Assembly: GCA_965208575.1 (NCBI GenBank) | Contig: CBDBOV010000005.1 | Span: 672,001 to 736,000 of the forward strand | DNA: 64,000 nucleotides | Reading direction: 5' to 3' | Source of the DNA: Spirochaetia bacterium | GTDB taxonomy: Bacteria > Spirochaetota > Spirochaetia > SZUA-6 > Bin103 | In this document: piece after piece, positions 63,101 through 64,000 of the stretch | How the letters are laid out: each line of letters opens with the position of its first letter | How positions within the stretch are numbered: position 1 is the stretch's first letter | The notes under the pieces: generated by a model | Databases searched by the model: none | What the model saw: only the letters and a program-made list of their open reading frames with translations | What the model was told of the DNA's origin: nothing | Translations under genes and position numbers: made by a program

Positions 63101-63713
63101 GAACCTGGGCCAGATCATGGAGACCGAGTTGGGCTGGGCGGCGGAGCGCCTGCACGAGTGGTACGCGACCCCGGTGTTCCAGTCCGCGACCAACGAAATG
63201 ATCGCCGACAAGCTGCGCGAGGCGGGCCTGCCGGAGACCTCCAAGATCGAACTGTTCGACGGATTGTCGGGGCAGCCGTTCGAAAACCCGGTGACCGTCG
63301 GCGTAATCTACATGATGAAGCTGCTGCACCTGGTCGACGACAAGATGCACGCGCGCTCGACCGGCCCCTACTCGCTGGTGACGCAGCAGCCGCTCGGCGG
63401 CAAGGCGCAGTCCGGCGGTCAGCGCCTCGGCGAGATGGAGGTGTGGGCGCTGGAAGCGTACGGCGCCGCCAACACGCTCCAGGAGCTGCTTACGGTCAAG
63501 TCGGACGACATGACCGGACGCGCCAAGATCTACGAGAGCATCGTGAAGGGCGAGGCCTTTCAGCCGTCCGGCGTGCCGGAGTCGTTCAACGTGCTGGTGC
63601 AGGAGTTGCGCGGGTTGACCCTGGACATTTCGATCTACGACTCGAGCGGCAAGCTGATTCCGTTGACCGAGCGCGACGAAGAACTGATCAGCCGCCAGTC
63701 GTCGCGGTTCTAA
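60156..63713 (+). CDS. rpoB: RNA polymerase beta subunit
   Basis: [65 protein letters not shown]. Confidence 0.99.
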   Translation: MSTTIAPRASDALHLARTFLGRGRDDVIAMPNLVDIQLSSYERFLQRETLAAGNAPDRQGLEEVFQEIFPIESPNGDMVLEYVGYSLDESGIKLTEQECKHKGLSFVIPIKAKINLVFWGTGEIRQKEIYMGDIPLMTGRGTFIINGAERVVVSQIHRSPGVIFSHEKGAYTSRIIPYRGSWLEFEIDQKKELIYAKIDRKKRLLATVFLRALGFDTREKIIELFYRTKGIEIDDSTATKDALIGTVFAKAVYRGKGETRKKLYGAGEKIHPHDVEELLHSGIETVQIIDLDHPESLHSQIILNCFEREEVQTTRDDGDSDEPSKEEAIGRVYAVIKPGEPITVDSAEKDLHSMFFSPRRYDLGRVGRYKLNKKFDYAAPKESHTLTPDDVIATMTFLVKVYIGEGNIDDIDHLGNRRVRSVGELLTNHLKVAFTRMERIAKERMSLKEADTIRPQDLISIKPVVATIKEFFGSSQLSQFMDQVNPLAELTHKRRLNALGPGGLSRDRAGFEVRDVHYTHYGRMCPIETPEGPNIGLIVSLANYTTVNEYGFLETPYRKVENGKVTRNIEYLSAIEEEKFFIAQSGAAVDAGGKLPDRLMAVRKGGDYISAGPDSIQYMDVSPKQIISVSASLIPFLEHDDANRALMGSNMQRQAVPLVQPEPPRVGTGMEGKTAYDSGVLVLAERAGTVVYVSSEAVHVKPSRGGANGAAGSTGTSRYESGVDIYDLIKYQRTNQDTCFSQKPIVRIGQKVAGGDVLADGPATYQGELALGRNVLVAFMPWNGYNYEDAILISSKVIKEDIFTSIHIKEFSIDVRETKLGPEKITRDIPNTSEHAFDQLDEEGIVHIGAFVPESSILVGKVTPKSETDSTPEFKLLNSIFGEKAKEVRDTSLRVPHGVEGTVIDVQRLRRADGDELNPGVEEVVKVLVATKRKLQEGDKMAGRHGNKGVIARILPEEDMPFMADGTPIDIVLNPLGVPSRMNLGQIMETELGWAAERLHEWYATPVFQSATNEMIADKLREAGLPETSKIELFDGLSGQPFENPVTVGVIYMMKLLHLVDDKMHARSTGPYSLVTQQPLGGKAQSGGQRLGEMEVWALEAYGAANTLQELLTVKSDDMTGRAKIYESIVKGEAFQPSGVPESFNVLVQELRGLTLDISIYDSSGKLIPLTERDEELISRQSSRF

Positions 63714-64000
<287 letters not shown>

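Overview
High-GC chromosomal window, most likely from a Spirochaetes (Spirochaetaceae-like) bacterium. This rests on RpoB with Asn at the E. coli Ser531 position (RRLNA), a FliG1-like fragment, a spirochaete-type LysM lipoprotein and the tRNA-Thr/rpmG/tRNA-Trp/secE/nusG order. A giant Calx-beta autotransporter hints at host association (inference). Most of the window is housekeeping: ndk, aroDE, hisB/hisC, asnS, argRCBDG, ligA, dnaE-hom-yggT-recG-rsmD, rpmG-secE-nusG-rplKAJL-rpoBC and 4 tRNAs. The main candidate system is a ~9 kb nitrogen-control module (946-10034) that looks rewired to run without GlnD or NtrBC. It has glnA, a GlnE with GlnD-like ACT-ACT domains at the N-terminus and apparently swapped AT/AR order, and an in-frame AmtB-PII fusion whose PII lacks Tyr51 but keeps its own RBS. 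It also has a GAF-AAA+-HTH (NifA-type) activator and two sigma-54 promoters that share tandem CTAC-N6-GTAG-like upstream sites. Other notable items: a 4x83-bp tandem amplification of the recG/rsmD junction forming a chain of overlapping 30-aa mini-ORFs; a G21 tract in the autotransporter leader (candidate phase variation); a probably leaderless argR with ARG boxes over its start; decayed fliG/phospholipase remnants; a small AT-richer two-gene islet; and many in-frame micro-repeats in housekeeping genes. All calls are from reading the sequence; no database searches were run.
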